DNA from: Microthyrium microscopicum | Lineage: Eukaryota | Direction of reading: 5' to 3' | Assembly: GCA_010405405.1 (NCBI GenBank) | Contig: MU004233.1 | Location: 549,940 to 569,939, forward strand | Length of the DNA: 20,000 bases | Shown here: piece after piece, positions 1 to 11,340 of the stretch | How positions within the stretch are numbered: position 1 is the first letter of the stretch | How the letters are laid out: each line of letters opens with the position of its first letter | The notes under the pieces: model-generated | The model's database searches: none | The model's input: the letters and a program-made list of their open reading frames with translations, nothing else | What the model was told of the DNA's origin: nothing | Program-made: the position numbers and the translations under genes

Positions 1-581
1 TAAGAAAAGGATTAAAGATAAGTAAGAAGATATTATATCTAATATTAGAGTAGGCTAGACTTAGTATATAATTCTAAATATTTAGTTTTTTAACTATTTT
101 ATTATCCTAGGTATTATAATAAACTCTATAAGATTATATAGGATTCTAAGAAGTAGGTAAGTATAGTTATATAAGTACTATATTTTATATTTTTAATCTA
201 AAGGTTTATAGATATTAGTATTTAGGGTTCTTATTTATTATAGGCGTTATATTCTTTTATATATATTTATAGTATATTATATTTATTAGTTTATTATACC
301 TACTTTACTTATTTATTATTATTATAGTATCTTTAATAAATAGATATTTAAGTATTAAGCCTTATTACGTAGCTTATATATTATAATATACGTTATAGAA
401 GAAGCTCTTTATAAGTATAATAATAAGGATAAATTTACTAGTCTATATAAGATTAGTAAGTATATTAAAGTATTCCTAAGACGTAATAGGATATTACTAT
501 AAGTATTAGTAAAACTTAGATAGTATCCTAACTTAGATTTATTTAAATATAGTATATATATATCTAAGTAGGAAAGTTATT

Positions 582-1277
582 TTAGTACTTAGCTTCTCTA
601 CGTTACTTAGTATTATAATAGCGCTTAGTTTCTCTATATTACTTAGTATTATTATAGCGCTTAGCTTTTTTATATTATTTAGTATTACTATAGTACTTAG
701 CTTCTCTACGTTACTTAGTATTACTATATTACTTAGCTTCTTTATATTACTTAGTATTATTATAGTACTTAGCTTCTCTATATTACTTAGTATTACCTAC
801 TTATTAGTTTTGTTAAGTAATAGAAACTAGATACTATAATAAGAACTAGATATTAGAAAATCTAACGATAAGTAGACTCTATTTAGCTAAGGCTTATACT
901 TTAATCTCTTATACGTAAAGCTAATATAGCTAATTATTAGTAGCTTAAGTACTTTACTTTTTAACGTTATATATAGAGACGTAGAGTTAAGTAGGTTTAC
1001 TAGAAATTTATATTAAGGAATATTTAGTATCTTACTATTTAACTATTTAGAAAGCATAGTTTATATACTAGCCTTTAAGAGACTATTAATTATTCTTAGT
1101 TATAAAAATAGTAATTAAGCTATATTAGGAGATATAACTATAGTTAAAGTACTATTTAAAGAGTAATATAATTTAGAGTATAGAGTTAGTATTACTAATA
1201 GTATTAAATCTATACTAAACTTTAGTAGATTAACTTATAGGTACGCTAATATTAATATATATTAGAAAGTACTAGTA
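582..1277 (+). pseudogene. RIP-degraded unknown gene relic with 12-aa repeats
   Basis: Frame 3 reads the array as IALSFSILLSIT (plausibly TAPSFSTLPSIA before RIP) and continues as protein-like sequence to a GTAAGT donor-like site near 1278. Inference only. Confidence 0.35.
583..797 (+). repeat. 36-bp tandem repeat, about 6 copies (18-bp internal periodicity)
   Basis: Unit TAGTACTTAGCTTCTCTACGTTACTTAGTATTATAA starts at 583, 619, 655, 691, 727 and 763. Confidence 0.93.
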
Positions 1278-1363
1278 GTAAGTATTTTTATTATTTATTT
1301 TATTCTTTAGTAGTACGCCTTACTCTTTAATAAAGACTTTCTTACGAATTATTATAATATTAA

Positions 1364-1468
1364 TAAACTCTTATAAGACTCTATACTATTAATTTAGTAA
1401 GATAAAGTAATTATAGTTCTATAAAGCTAATTTATACTTTAGCGTTAGCTTAAAGTAAGTAGTAAACT
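1364..1468 (+). repeat. Single dispersed copy of the 88-bp unit arrayed at 15674-16004
   Basis: TAAACTCTTATAAGACTCTATACTATTAATTTAGTAAGATAAAG...AGCGTTAGCTTAAAGTAAGTAGT aligns colinearly with 15662-15761. Confidence 0.92.
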
Positions 1469-2990
1469 TAGTTACCCTAATACTTATTAGGGAATATTAG
1501 AAAGAATATAATATAAATAGCTAAATAGCCTATCGCCCTCTATTATTAGTATCTTATTATATTATAGTAGTTCTTTATTAAGAACCTTTCCTATATATAT
1601 TTTCTTAATATTATTACTACTTTGCTAAATCTTTATTATAAAGATAAAGAGAAGTTTTATTAGACTCTCTTTAAAAGCGATATATCTATTTAGATTAAAA
1701 CTATTAAGTTATATAGAAACGCTATATATTATTAATATAAAGAGTTAGTTTTTAAGCTAGTAGTTATTTAAAGTTATAAGGATTATAATTTTAGTATAGT
1801 ATTTAGTCTAAGAGATAATATTATATAATTCTATATTAGTATTTTATAATATATTAATAAATAAAATACTATATAATATATCTATTTTACTAGTCTAAGT
1901 AGAGGCTAGGTTAGATAGGAATAATATAGTAAGTATAAGTATTTCCCTTTAAGTAATTAATACGCTAGTAGAATATACTTAATAGATCTTTCTATTATAT
2001 ATAATATATCTTTTACTTATTACTATTTTAGTTATACTTTATAACTAAATAGTATATATATAATAAGTACAAACTATATAGTAACTCTTACTATATATTT
2101 AACTATTTATAACTCTTTATAATTAATTAAGACTATTAATATTATAATTATATTATCTTAATCTAGTAATAGTAAGAACTTTATAAAGTACTACTTACTA
2201 TATCTACTACTTAAATAGTATATTCTTTACTATACTAGATATATTCTCTTCTTTTTTTTATCTTTATATACCTTTAGGTTTTCTCTTAAGCGGTTCTCTT
2301 TATACTTAACTAGACTACTTTTAAGAAGGTTAGGCCTTAGGTCTTTATTATACTTTTTTAATATAACTTTTAGGCCTTTAATACTTCTTATATATTAACT
2401 AATTCTATTCTGTTTTTTTTATTAGATAAGGGCCTTATAGGAACATAATAAGCTAATTAGGTATTACTAAATTAAGTAATTATAACTATTTAATAGCTAA
2501 TACTCTTAGTTAGACTAAGTATTTAAAACGGTAAGACTATAGTATTATAGTCTTTTTAAAGCCTTTATGCTTTTTAGCTTTTAAATTTTAACTTCTTAAC
2601 TTTATAACTTTATATATTTATATTTTTTACTACCCTTAAAAGAAAGATATACTCTTAATACTATTCTATGCCTAATATATATATTATCTACGCTTATTAG
2701 CTATTTAATAGTCTTTTATTATCTTAGCTTATTATAGTAATAAAGTTAATTCTTTATAGTATACTATACTAAAAAGGTAAATATACTTATCTAGAAGGCA
2801 AGATTTCTAATTATATTATAAAGCGTCGCAACTTTAATAATTTATAAGTTCTAGTATATTACTTATAAATATTAGTAATAATAATTATAGTTAGTAAGTT
2901 AAGTTTAATATTTACTAAGCTATTTACTAAGCTTATTTAGCTACGCTTATTAAGTAAGAAAAGAGTCTCCTTTTTATTCTAAATTCTTAT

Positions 2991-3640
2991 ATATTTAGCT
3001 TACCTAAGCTATCTCTTTTCTTAGGTTCACTCTTTAATTTTAGTAATAATAAGCTAATAGATAATAATAGCAACAACGATAATAAAGATAAAGAAAACGA
3101 CGAGACTCTTATTAATCCTAACCCTCTTCCTTTTTCTACCCCTCTCCTTACTAAGGCTAAGTACAACGTACTTATATAAAAATTTAACTCTAGCTTAATA
3201 ACTAGAATTAACCTTAGCTAGCTAGGTCCTATAGAGATAAAGCTAATTCTAAATATAAAGTGCCCTACTATGCTTAATAAATAGTAGTCTTAGACTATTA
3301 AGAAGTAAGACGTCTTAACGTCTAAAAAAAAATAATTACGTAGTAATATTAGCTATATAATAAAAACGACTTTTAGTAAATACGTATTAAATACTATTAT
3401 ATATTTAGCGTATATTAAGCGTAGATAGAAATATTAATAGTTTATAAAGAAAGTAAAGACTATATAAAGAAATCCTAAAAGTTATTATATTTATTATATT
3501 ATATATCTAAAGGACTATATCTTTAGAAATAATTATTATAAATCTAAGAGTAAAGTTATAAAGTATAAGAATTTAAGTAAATTATCTAGTCTATAGACTA
3601 GTTAGAAGATAAAGATTTAAAGAGTAATAGTTTAGAGTAG
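2991..3640 (+). pseudogene. RIP-degraded gene relic: acidic N-terminus plus possible Zn(II)2Cys6-like cluster; 3' end uncertain
   Basis: Frame 3 from ATA (ex-ATG?) at 2991. DNNSNNDNKDKENDET at 3060-3107 is an ex-D/E tract. TAT codons (TGT after RIP) at 3402, 3411, 3432, 3486, 3495 and 3516 give C-x2-C-x6-C-x17-C-x2-C-x6-C-I-F. Confidence 0.5.
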
Positions 3641-3704
3641 GTAGTTAGTATAGAATAGTATATTAATATATACTTCTTATAATAATAGTAACTATCTAAG
3701 CGTT

Positions 3705-3950
3705 TAGTATTTTACGCTTCCTTTATAATTATATTATTTAATTAGGTTCTATAAGAAATAAGTAAAAGTTGCTCTAAAAGCTATAAGTATCCTATAAGAT
3801 ATATATTATAAGAATTATAAGTATATCTAGTATTTTTTAATATTTTTATAATTATATTATTTAATTAGGTTCTATAAAAAGTAAGTAGAAGTTACTCTAA
3901 AAGCTATAGATATCTTATAAAGCGTACGTTATAAGTATTATAGATATATA
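3705..3950 (+). repeat. 123-bp tandem duplication (2 copies)
   Basis: TTTATAATTATATTATTTAATTAGGTTCTATAA at 3722 and 3845, with colinear downstream sequence. Confidence 0.9.
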
Positions 3951-4934
3951 ATAATATATTATAGTTATTTAAATTAATTATATAGAGTATATTAATTATA
4001 TTATTCTTATTATCTTATTATCTATTATATATGCTATAATATAAATATTAATATTAGTAAATAGTTAGTTATAAATAAGTAAAGTTAGAAAATATATAAT
4101 ATCTATATAGCTACTATATATATTATACTATCTTCTACTTTATTCTCCTAATCTAATAGTTATTCTAGTATACTAAGCTACTATATTATATTATCTTTAG
4201 TTTATCTATTTCTCTTACTACTAAAACTTACATTCTTATTAACTATAGCTCTACTAATACTAGAACGCTATCTACTTTATTCTTTAAAAGTATTTAGAAA
4301 ATAGTAATGAATAGCTTATATCCTTTTTTAGCTTTAGTACTAGCTTTTAATAGGCTATATTAAATAGAAACTACCTTTACTATCGTACTTACTAATATAT
4401 ATATATATTAGCCTTTACTATATATATTTAGGTTATACTATTAAACTAAAGAATAGAAACGCTAGATTAAGAGATAGTTATTAGTTTAATTAATAGAGAA
4501 ACTAAGAAGGTAACTTAATAGTAAAAGCGTAAGAGTATAATAAGTATTATTACTCTTAATATAGTAGTAGGTAATAGCTAAATTAGCGTAAGTATATATA
4601 GTATATAGTTTAACGCTAGAGAATAATCTATTATATTGTATTTATATAGTAATATTTTAGCTACATATAGCTAGTAATAATTAGTTCTACTATTTAGTAA
4701 TAATAGTAGGTATAAATATCTAGGCTAAAAGAATGTATATTATTACTAATAAACAAGACAGCCTAGAATAATATAAGGCTAAGAGATAGGTAGAATAAGA
4801 TAAGTTTATATCTTATAAGTACTTATAATAAGTAGTAAAATATAAATATTATAATCCCTTAAATACTTTATAAAGACTTAATTAGAGTATATACTCTTAC
4901 CGCTAGACTATAGTATATAAATTTATAATTAAAC

Positions 4935-5029
4935 TAGACTATTATAATTCTTAAGGAGTAGAAGGGCTAGACTATATAGTTCTTAAGAAGTAGAAGGTTA
5001 GACTATATAGTTCTTAAGAAGTAGAAGAG
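4935..5029 (+). repeat. About 31-bp tandem repeat, 3 copies
   Basis: TAGACTATATAGTTCTTAAGAAGTAGAAG at 4935, 4968 and 4999. Confidence 0.92.
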
Positions 5030-5522
5030 TCTTTAGTAAAAAATACTAATATTAACTTAAGTTATTAGGTTTCTATTAGTAACGTTAACTTTAAAGTCTA
5101 TAACTAAATAATTTTTAAAAGAATAATAAATATTTACTACGCATAGTTAGTAAAGATTAGTTATACTATAAATACTTTATAGTATAATTATTAGGTTCTA
5201 AACGTAATAAAGTCTATAAATATATAGTACTATAGAGTTCTTATAGATATTAACGTATATTAATTAAATATTATTATAGCGTTTAATATTTAAACGTTAT
5301 AGTGTCTTTAGATAGCTTTATTAAATAACTTTTAAGCTATATAGAATCTAAGTAGCTACTTATACTAGAGACTTATAAGTTTAAGGCCTTCTACTTAACT
5401 AAGATTATAAAAGTAAAGTTCTCTTATTTATTAACTAGAGTTACGCCTTTTCTAATAAGGTTCTAGGGTTAGGATAAAGTAATTATATAATTAGCAAAAT
5501 ATATTAATTAATAGATTTAACA

Positions 5523-5577
5523 CTACGTTAGTAAGTAGATATCTACTTAGGATAAGGCTAAAATTATTTTAGCTTAC
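5523..5577 (-). other. Possible 55-nt spliceosomal intron relic within an unidentified minus-strand gene remnant
   Basis: Minus strand reads GTAAGC...TACTAACGTAG. Confidence 0.35.
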
Positions 5578-6430
5578 GCTTATTACTCTTAAGTCTTATC
5601 TACTAGTATTATATTTATCTATATAGGCTATTTCTAATAGGCTATAAGAATAACGTACCTTCTTATAAAACATCCTACTAATAAATAGTTTTATCTTTAA
5701 AGTATAAAAGGAAATATTTATTATTAGAATAAAATACTAGTACGTAAATCTAGTTATTATAGCTAATAAGTATTTTAATTAGTATTCTTCTACTATCCTA
5801 AAGCTTAATAAGCTTATTATAACTAATAGTAGGAATTTAGGTAGGCTAACTATATAAAGTTATAGGAATTAGGCTTAAAGTAATAAATAGTAGTAGATAT
5901 TAGTAGTTAGTAAAGTTTAGAATATAGAAAGTTAAGTAACTTAAAGATTTTGCTATAGAATATTAGAGATTATAGTTAGATTATAATAATATAAGTATAT
6001 CTACTCTACCCTACCTTATCTATATATATCCTACCTTATCTAGATATAGCTAAATACTTTGTAATAATCTTTTTAGAGTTAGCTTATATTAAACGTTATC
6101 TACTAAGATTATAAATACTTAAAGTTTAATTATTAGCTCTTTATAAATTTTATTTAAAAAATTATTAGCCTATAATAAGTAGGTATAGAACGTAGCCTAA
6201 AGATACTATATATTTTAAGTAAGGCCTTTCTACTTATATTAGGATAGCTATATATTATCTATTAATAAAATAAAGAGTTATAAGTAACCTAGTAAGCTAT
6301 TACTAGTTTATATACTTAATTATATACTAAGTAGCTATCTATTAGATAAGGTTACTCTATAAGTAGTACTTAGGTTATATTAATAATAATATAAGTTTAT
6401 AATATTAAGGAAAAGGTTAGATCTAAATAG

Positions 6431-6790
6431 NNNNNNNNNNNNNNNNNNNNNNNNNNNNNNNNNNNNNNNNNNNNNNNNNNNNNNNNNNNNNNNNNNNNNN
6501 NNNNNNNNNNNNNNNNNNNNNNNNNNNNNNNNNNNNNNNNNNNNNNNNNNNNNNNNNNNNNNNNNNNNNNNNNNNNNNNNNNNNNNNNNNNNNNNNNNNN
6601 NNNNNNNNNNNNNNNNNNNNNNNNNNNNNNNNNNNNNNNNNNNNNNNNNNNNNNNNNNNNNNNNNNNNNNNNNNNNNNNNNNNNNNNNNNNNNNNNNNNN
6701 NNNNNNNNNNNNNNNNNNNNNNNNNNNNNNNNNNNNNNNNNNNNNNNNNNNNNNNNNNNNNNNNNNNNNNNNNNNNNNNNNNNNNNNNNN
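6431..6790. other. Assembly gap (360 N)
   Basis: Run of N. Confidence 1.
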
Positions 6791-7718
6791 CTATTCTATA
6801 GCTAATTATTATTTAAAGTTTACTTATACTAGTTTATATACTACTACTATTTAGGATTATATTCTATTTATATATTTCTTAAATAATACAATTTTATATA
6901 ATATATATATACTTTAGTATAGAGATTTAGTTTAACTTATATATCTTAATTACTAACTTATACTATAATATATAACTATTACTTACCTTATTGCTACTCT
7001 ACTTATTTATCTAATAGCTTATTTTAAATATAACGCTATTTAACTATTATTCTAAGTAGTTAAATATATAATATAAAACTATACTAGAATATATTAATTA
7101 AAGCCTAACCTTCTATTACTCTATTTATTTACTATATTAACTTAAAGTAATACTTATAATACTACCTTAAGTAAGAAAGATTAATACTATATATGCTAAG
7201 CTATACTAATAGCGTAAAAGAATAATATAAGGAAGTTAAGTTAATATTAACGTTAATATAGACTCTTATATTTAAGACGCTAGTTCTATTAACTAAGTCT
7301 ATAAGATCTTACTTACTATTATAAGCTTAGAAGAAAGTACCTATCTATTATGTCTACTTCTAATATTATAATAAAAGGTTAAAGACTTACTTCTAATTTT
7401 AATTATATTATAACGACCCTTTTATAATAAATAGCTAGTAGTTATACTTATATATCTTCCTATCTAAAGCTAAATAAGGCATATAGTAGTAAGTACTTAA
7501 TACTAACTACTTTATTTTATACTTCTTTATAGGTTAGAGGTAGGAATAAGTCTATTAAATTAATAGGAAGGAGAAGAAGAAAAGGAGGTTATACCCTAGG
7601 TATTATAAGAGACTAGATTAATATCTAGTTCTATAATATAAGCTTTAAGAATGATCGTAACTACTAAACGTAATAGACACGTTAAGCTAATCTAGTAGTT
7701 ACCTAATACTAATATAAT

Positions 7719-7723
7719 TAACT
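7719..7723. repeat. Target-site duplication, left copy (TAACT)
   Basis: TAACT lies immediately left of the LTR TG and is repeated at 15346-15350. Caveat: TAACT also follows the left LTR internally (7947-7951). Confidence 0.8.
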
Positions 7724-7946
7724 TGTAAGAAGCTAATAGGCGCAATAGGTAAGCAGAAAGTAGCTAGTATTATAGGATCTAAGTACGAAGAGAAGAAATC
7801 TAGAGATATAGCTATAAATATAAAGAAGTAGAAGCCTAAGATATCCTTAGGCATACTAACCCTAAATAGGATAAAGAGATCTTATCTATAGAATTAGATC
7901 TTAGTATCTAAATACTATAATACTAAACCTATAAGGATTCCTTATA
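7724..7946 (-). repeat. 3' LTR (223 bp)
   Basis: Starts TGTAAG and ends CTTATA (RIP form of CTTACA, the terminal inverted repeat). Aligns without gaps to 15123-15345 with 23 mismatches by manual count. Confidence 0.95.
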
Positions 7947-7949
7947 TAA

Positions 7950-7960
7950 CTCTCCTCCTC
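7950..7960 (-). other. Polypurine tract (GAGGAGGAGAG)
   Basis: Purine run on the minus strand 3 nt upstream of the 3' LTR. Confidence 0.88.
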
Positions 7961-8344
7961 TAAAATAGACCTTATAGGCTATATCTTAATCTAATTTATT
8001 CTAGTCTAGTTTAGGCTAATCTAGGCTAGGCTAGGCTAGTCTATATAAATACAAAACTCCTTTATATATATTACTACTAAGGAATATAGTAATATACTAT
8101 CTACTTACCTTAGTACTATCTAAATCTCTTTAATAAAGAAGAGAATATCTATTTAAGCTAATTTATAGTATTCTATAATCCCTTTAGTAGTATAAATAAA
8201 AAAAACTAAACTAGAAGTATAATACTATTAATAAAAATAAATAAATATAACGCTTTTTATATTATATAATCCTAATCTATAAATAGTCTATTAGTATTAT
8301 AATCTTCTTCTTTAACTTTATTTACTAATAAAGACTAAAAAGAG

Positions 8345-8530
8345 TATAGACTAGGCTTCTAAGAATAAAGCCTATAGAATTCTAATATAGTATTAAGTAT
8401 ATTAATAGTATCTTTCTAGGGCTACTAAGTTTTATTATAAAATCCTATCTATTTAATCTTATATTTAAGCACCTTATTCTTATCTCTACTATCCTATTTA
8501 CTATTAATAATAGTATTAATAAGCTATTTT
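8345..8530 (-). pseudogene. C-terminal chromodomain relic
   Basis: Reads EK*LINTIINSK...LKYKIK*IGFYNKT**P*KD...LEFYRLYS*KP (inferred EEWLVDAIVDSK...YKVKWTGF..ETWQPWED...EFHRLYP.KP), in frame with integrase. Confidence 0.88.
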
Positions 8531-8609
8531 TCTTTACCTTCTTTTTTACTAATAACTACTAAGAGTAGGTTTAATTCCTATAATAGGTATATATTATTAT
8601 TAATTAGAT

Positions 8610-9660
8610 ATAGTAGCTAAGCGTAGAATACTAGGTATATCTTTATTAATTTAGAAAGATCTAATTTATAAATTACTCTATTAATCTTATATAATACCTT
8701 AAAGAGACTAGCGCTTTTATTATTAAGTATTTTTAAAGAATAAGTTATATTATAATTTTAAACGTTAAGTTATACCTAGTCTCTAGAATAGAGATCTAGT
8801 ACTAAACGTTAATACTTATTAATATAGAGCTTTTATTAAGTTTAAGCTTATACTAATTACTCCTTTAAGAACTTATAAAGCTTCTCTTAACTATCTTATA
8901 CTTAATTAGTAGTAATAACTTTTTTATACACTATAATAAAAGCGTATAACGCTTTAAGTAGTAAATAGTAAGCAAACTTAAGTCCTAATTTTAGTAGAAA
9001 ACTATTTTATACCTTAAAAGATACAAAACTAGTAGTAGTACTTATAGTAAAATTTACTACAAATTTAGTAAATAGTAATAGGGCTACTTAATTATCCTAA
9101 TCCTAATTAATAAAAGATCTAAGATACTATTTTAAGGTAGTAATAGTTATTTTAGTAATACTATTAGACTCTAGATACTATATAGTACTTAATCTTAATA
9201 TAACGCCTATATATTTATATAAGTAACCCTAGAAGGTAGATATAAATTAAGTTCCTTAATCTAAAAGAATAGAGTCTAGCTAACTATATAGCTTCTATAC
9301 TTAATTAATAAATACTATAACTATTATTTCTACTAAAAGACTTAAGAATATAATAAACTATTATAATTACGTTAAATAATTAATAATAACTATAATATAC
9401 TAGTAAACTATACTCTAGTAAATATAGCGTAGTAGTAAAATAATAAAGTCTATAAAGATATTAGACTAAGCCTAATCTAGTAGAGAAAATAAGTAAAGAA
9501 GTCTTTACTTCTTTTAGTATACTAGTTTTAAAAAGATATAGTAATAATCTTTAATATATTTCTTAATATATTCTAATATTCTTAGCTACTAATAATCTTA
9601 TTAAAAGTAGTAGTAGGTTATTATAGTTCTTTTATAACTTATAACTTTATATTAATATAC
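8610..9660 (-). pseudogene. Integrase relic (HHCC region, D,D35E core, GPY/F)
   Basis: *SNIFIDFI (WSDISMDFI; D at 9448-9450), LD*GT*F (SDRGTQF; D at 9259-9261) and SNSITK (SDG.TE; E codon at 9151-9153, with exactly 35 codons between it and the second D). ASLFKVL (GPFKVL) and IYLVFY (IHPVFH) lie near 8615-8715. Confidence 0.94.
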
Positions 9661-10174
9661 TTATTTTATTACTTTATTCTATAAATATATTATTAGTATA
9701 AATAGCTTCTATTAATAAAGGATAGTACTATTTAGTAGGGCTTTATAATCTATTAACTTAATTTAATCTTAATCTAGTATACTAAAGAGCAAGAAGTAGT
9801 CTTTCTATACCTTTGCTAGTTAAATTATAATTAGTAACTTATTTTTCTTATTTACCTTTATTACTTTCTATATAAACTACTTTAGGTTAAAATCTAAGGA
9901 TTTAGTATTAACTAGTAGCAAATTATCTAAACTAGCTAGAGCTCTATTCTAAGAGCTTTCTATAATAGGTTCTAAATTAGACTTCCCTACTATAGTAATA
10001 TCTAACTTATTTAATATAAGTATAGTTATCTATATAAAGAATAAAGTAATTAAGTTAATAAGGATTATAGCTAGCTTAATAGCTTATTTAGTATTAAATT
10101 AATATAGAAATAGGAGTAGTTAATACTATTACTTAACTTATAAGTCTTTATTACTTTAGAGTATATTCTATAAT

Positions 10175-10540
10175 CTTTAGGTTAAAGCGTTAGCTTTACT
10201 ATTATCTTTATTAGAGCGATATTTAATTAAAAAGTAGAATTATAATAGGAATTTAGCCTAGCGTATTTAATAGCATATAAGCTTCTTAGTTTTTATAAAG
10301 GTTTAAAAATTCTAATAATCTAAGAATACTTTTATAATATCTTTAGTACTAAATAACTTAGGTTTCTACTTTTTAAAAGTATAGATAATAGTAAGTAGTT
10401 CTTTATTATAGATATTATAATTATATTCTACTAGTAATATTTTTTTAGAGAAGAAAATAACTAGTCTTAGATTACTATTTATATCTTTCTATAATAATAT
10501 AGTAGTATAAGCTTAATCTAATATATCTATCTCTATTTAA
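10175..10540 (-). pseudogene. RNase H domain relic
   Basis: Reads IEIDILD (VETDASD, about 10516-10536), LRLVIFFSKK, NYNIYNKELLTII (NYDIYDKELLAI) and KANALT (KADALT, 10180-10197). Confidence 0.95.
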
Positions 10541-10779
10541 GTTTCCTTAGTATAATTAAAGTATTATAGAATTAGTATACTAGTAAAGTCTACTTTTAGC
10601 TTCTTAAAAGCTTATTCTTTAGGCTTATTAAGGTCTTAAGGAAATATAGCTAGAATATTCTTCTAAGTAAGATTTATTAAGGATACTACTATAGTAAAGT
10701 AATTAAAAATAAACTATTAGTAGAAGTTAGTAAATCTAAGGAACGCCTAAATATCTTTAAGATAGCTTAGTTATTTCTA

Positions 10780-11340
10780 GTTAACTACTATATTAACCTT
10801 TAAAGGGTCTATCTTAATACTTTCTATAGTAATAATTAAACTAAGGTATTTTATTTCTTAAATAGTAAACTTTAATTTCTTAATATTAAAGAATAAGCCT
10901 ATACGTTCTAATACGTCTAGTACTAAATATATATAGGTATTATATTCTTCTAGTATTTTACTAAATACTAGAATATTATCTAAATAAATAGTTATAAAAT
11001 TATCTAAAAACTATATTAGTATATAATTAACGTACGCTTAGAATATTCCTAATCCCTCTATAAGGCTAAAAGGTAGTACTTTAAACTTAAATAGGCTATA
11101 GTATATTAAGAATACTATTTTATATTTATCTCTAAGTTTAATATAGATGCGTTTAAAGATAGCAATAACGTTAAACTTAAAGTAATACTTTGCTTTTATA
11201 AGGTATATAAGCGTCTTACTAATAAGTAGTAGAATATTACTATTTTTAATAATAATATTATTTAACTTATAGTAATTAATATAAATATAAATACCTCCTC
11301 TTAGCTTATTTATATAAAGTATAAGTATAGTATATTAAAA
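10780..11340 (-). pseudogene. Reverse transcriptase domain relic
   Basis: Reads KLRGGIYIYINYYKLN (KPGGG.R.CVDYRKLN), KAKYYFKFNV, VLPFSL (V.PFGL), YLDNILVFS (YLDD box, 10975-10986) and IKYLSLII (KYLG.II). Confidence 0.97.

Noticed and set aside
1..560. Starship captain (DUF3435) C-terminus
   Set aside because: No tyrosine-recombinase motif was readable in the frames I examined.
583..797. 36-bp repeats as a CRISPR array
   Set aside because: Units are head-to-tail with no unique spacers, the context is eukaryotic, and there are no cas genes.
1480..2300. Possible LINE ORF1-like relic on the minus strand
   Set aside because: Only a vague VHGV-like reconstruction. No zinc knuckle, endonuclease or RT found.
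5464..5473. Telomere-like TAGGGTTAGG (also CCTAACCCT near 3117)
   Set aside because: Fewer than two full units, which is expected by chance.
7612..7629. Hairpin ACTAGAT-TAAT-ATCTAGT as a Helitron 3' end or terminator
   Set aside because: AT-rich, no correctly spaced CTRR terminus, and no Rep/helicase relic seen.
8001..8042. (CTAGG/CTAGT)n pentamer run in the retrotransposon 3' untranslated region
   Set aside because: Short degenerate microsatellite with no evidence of function.
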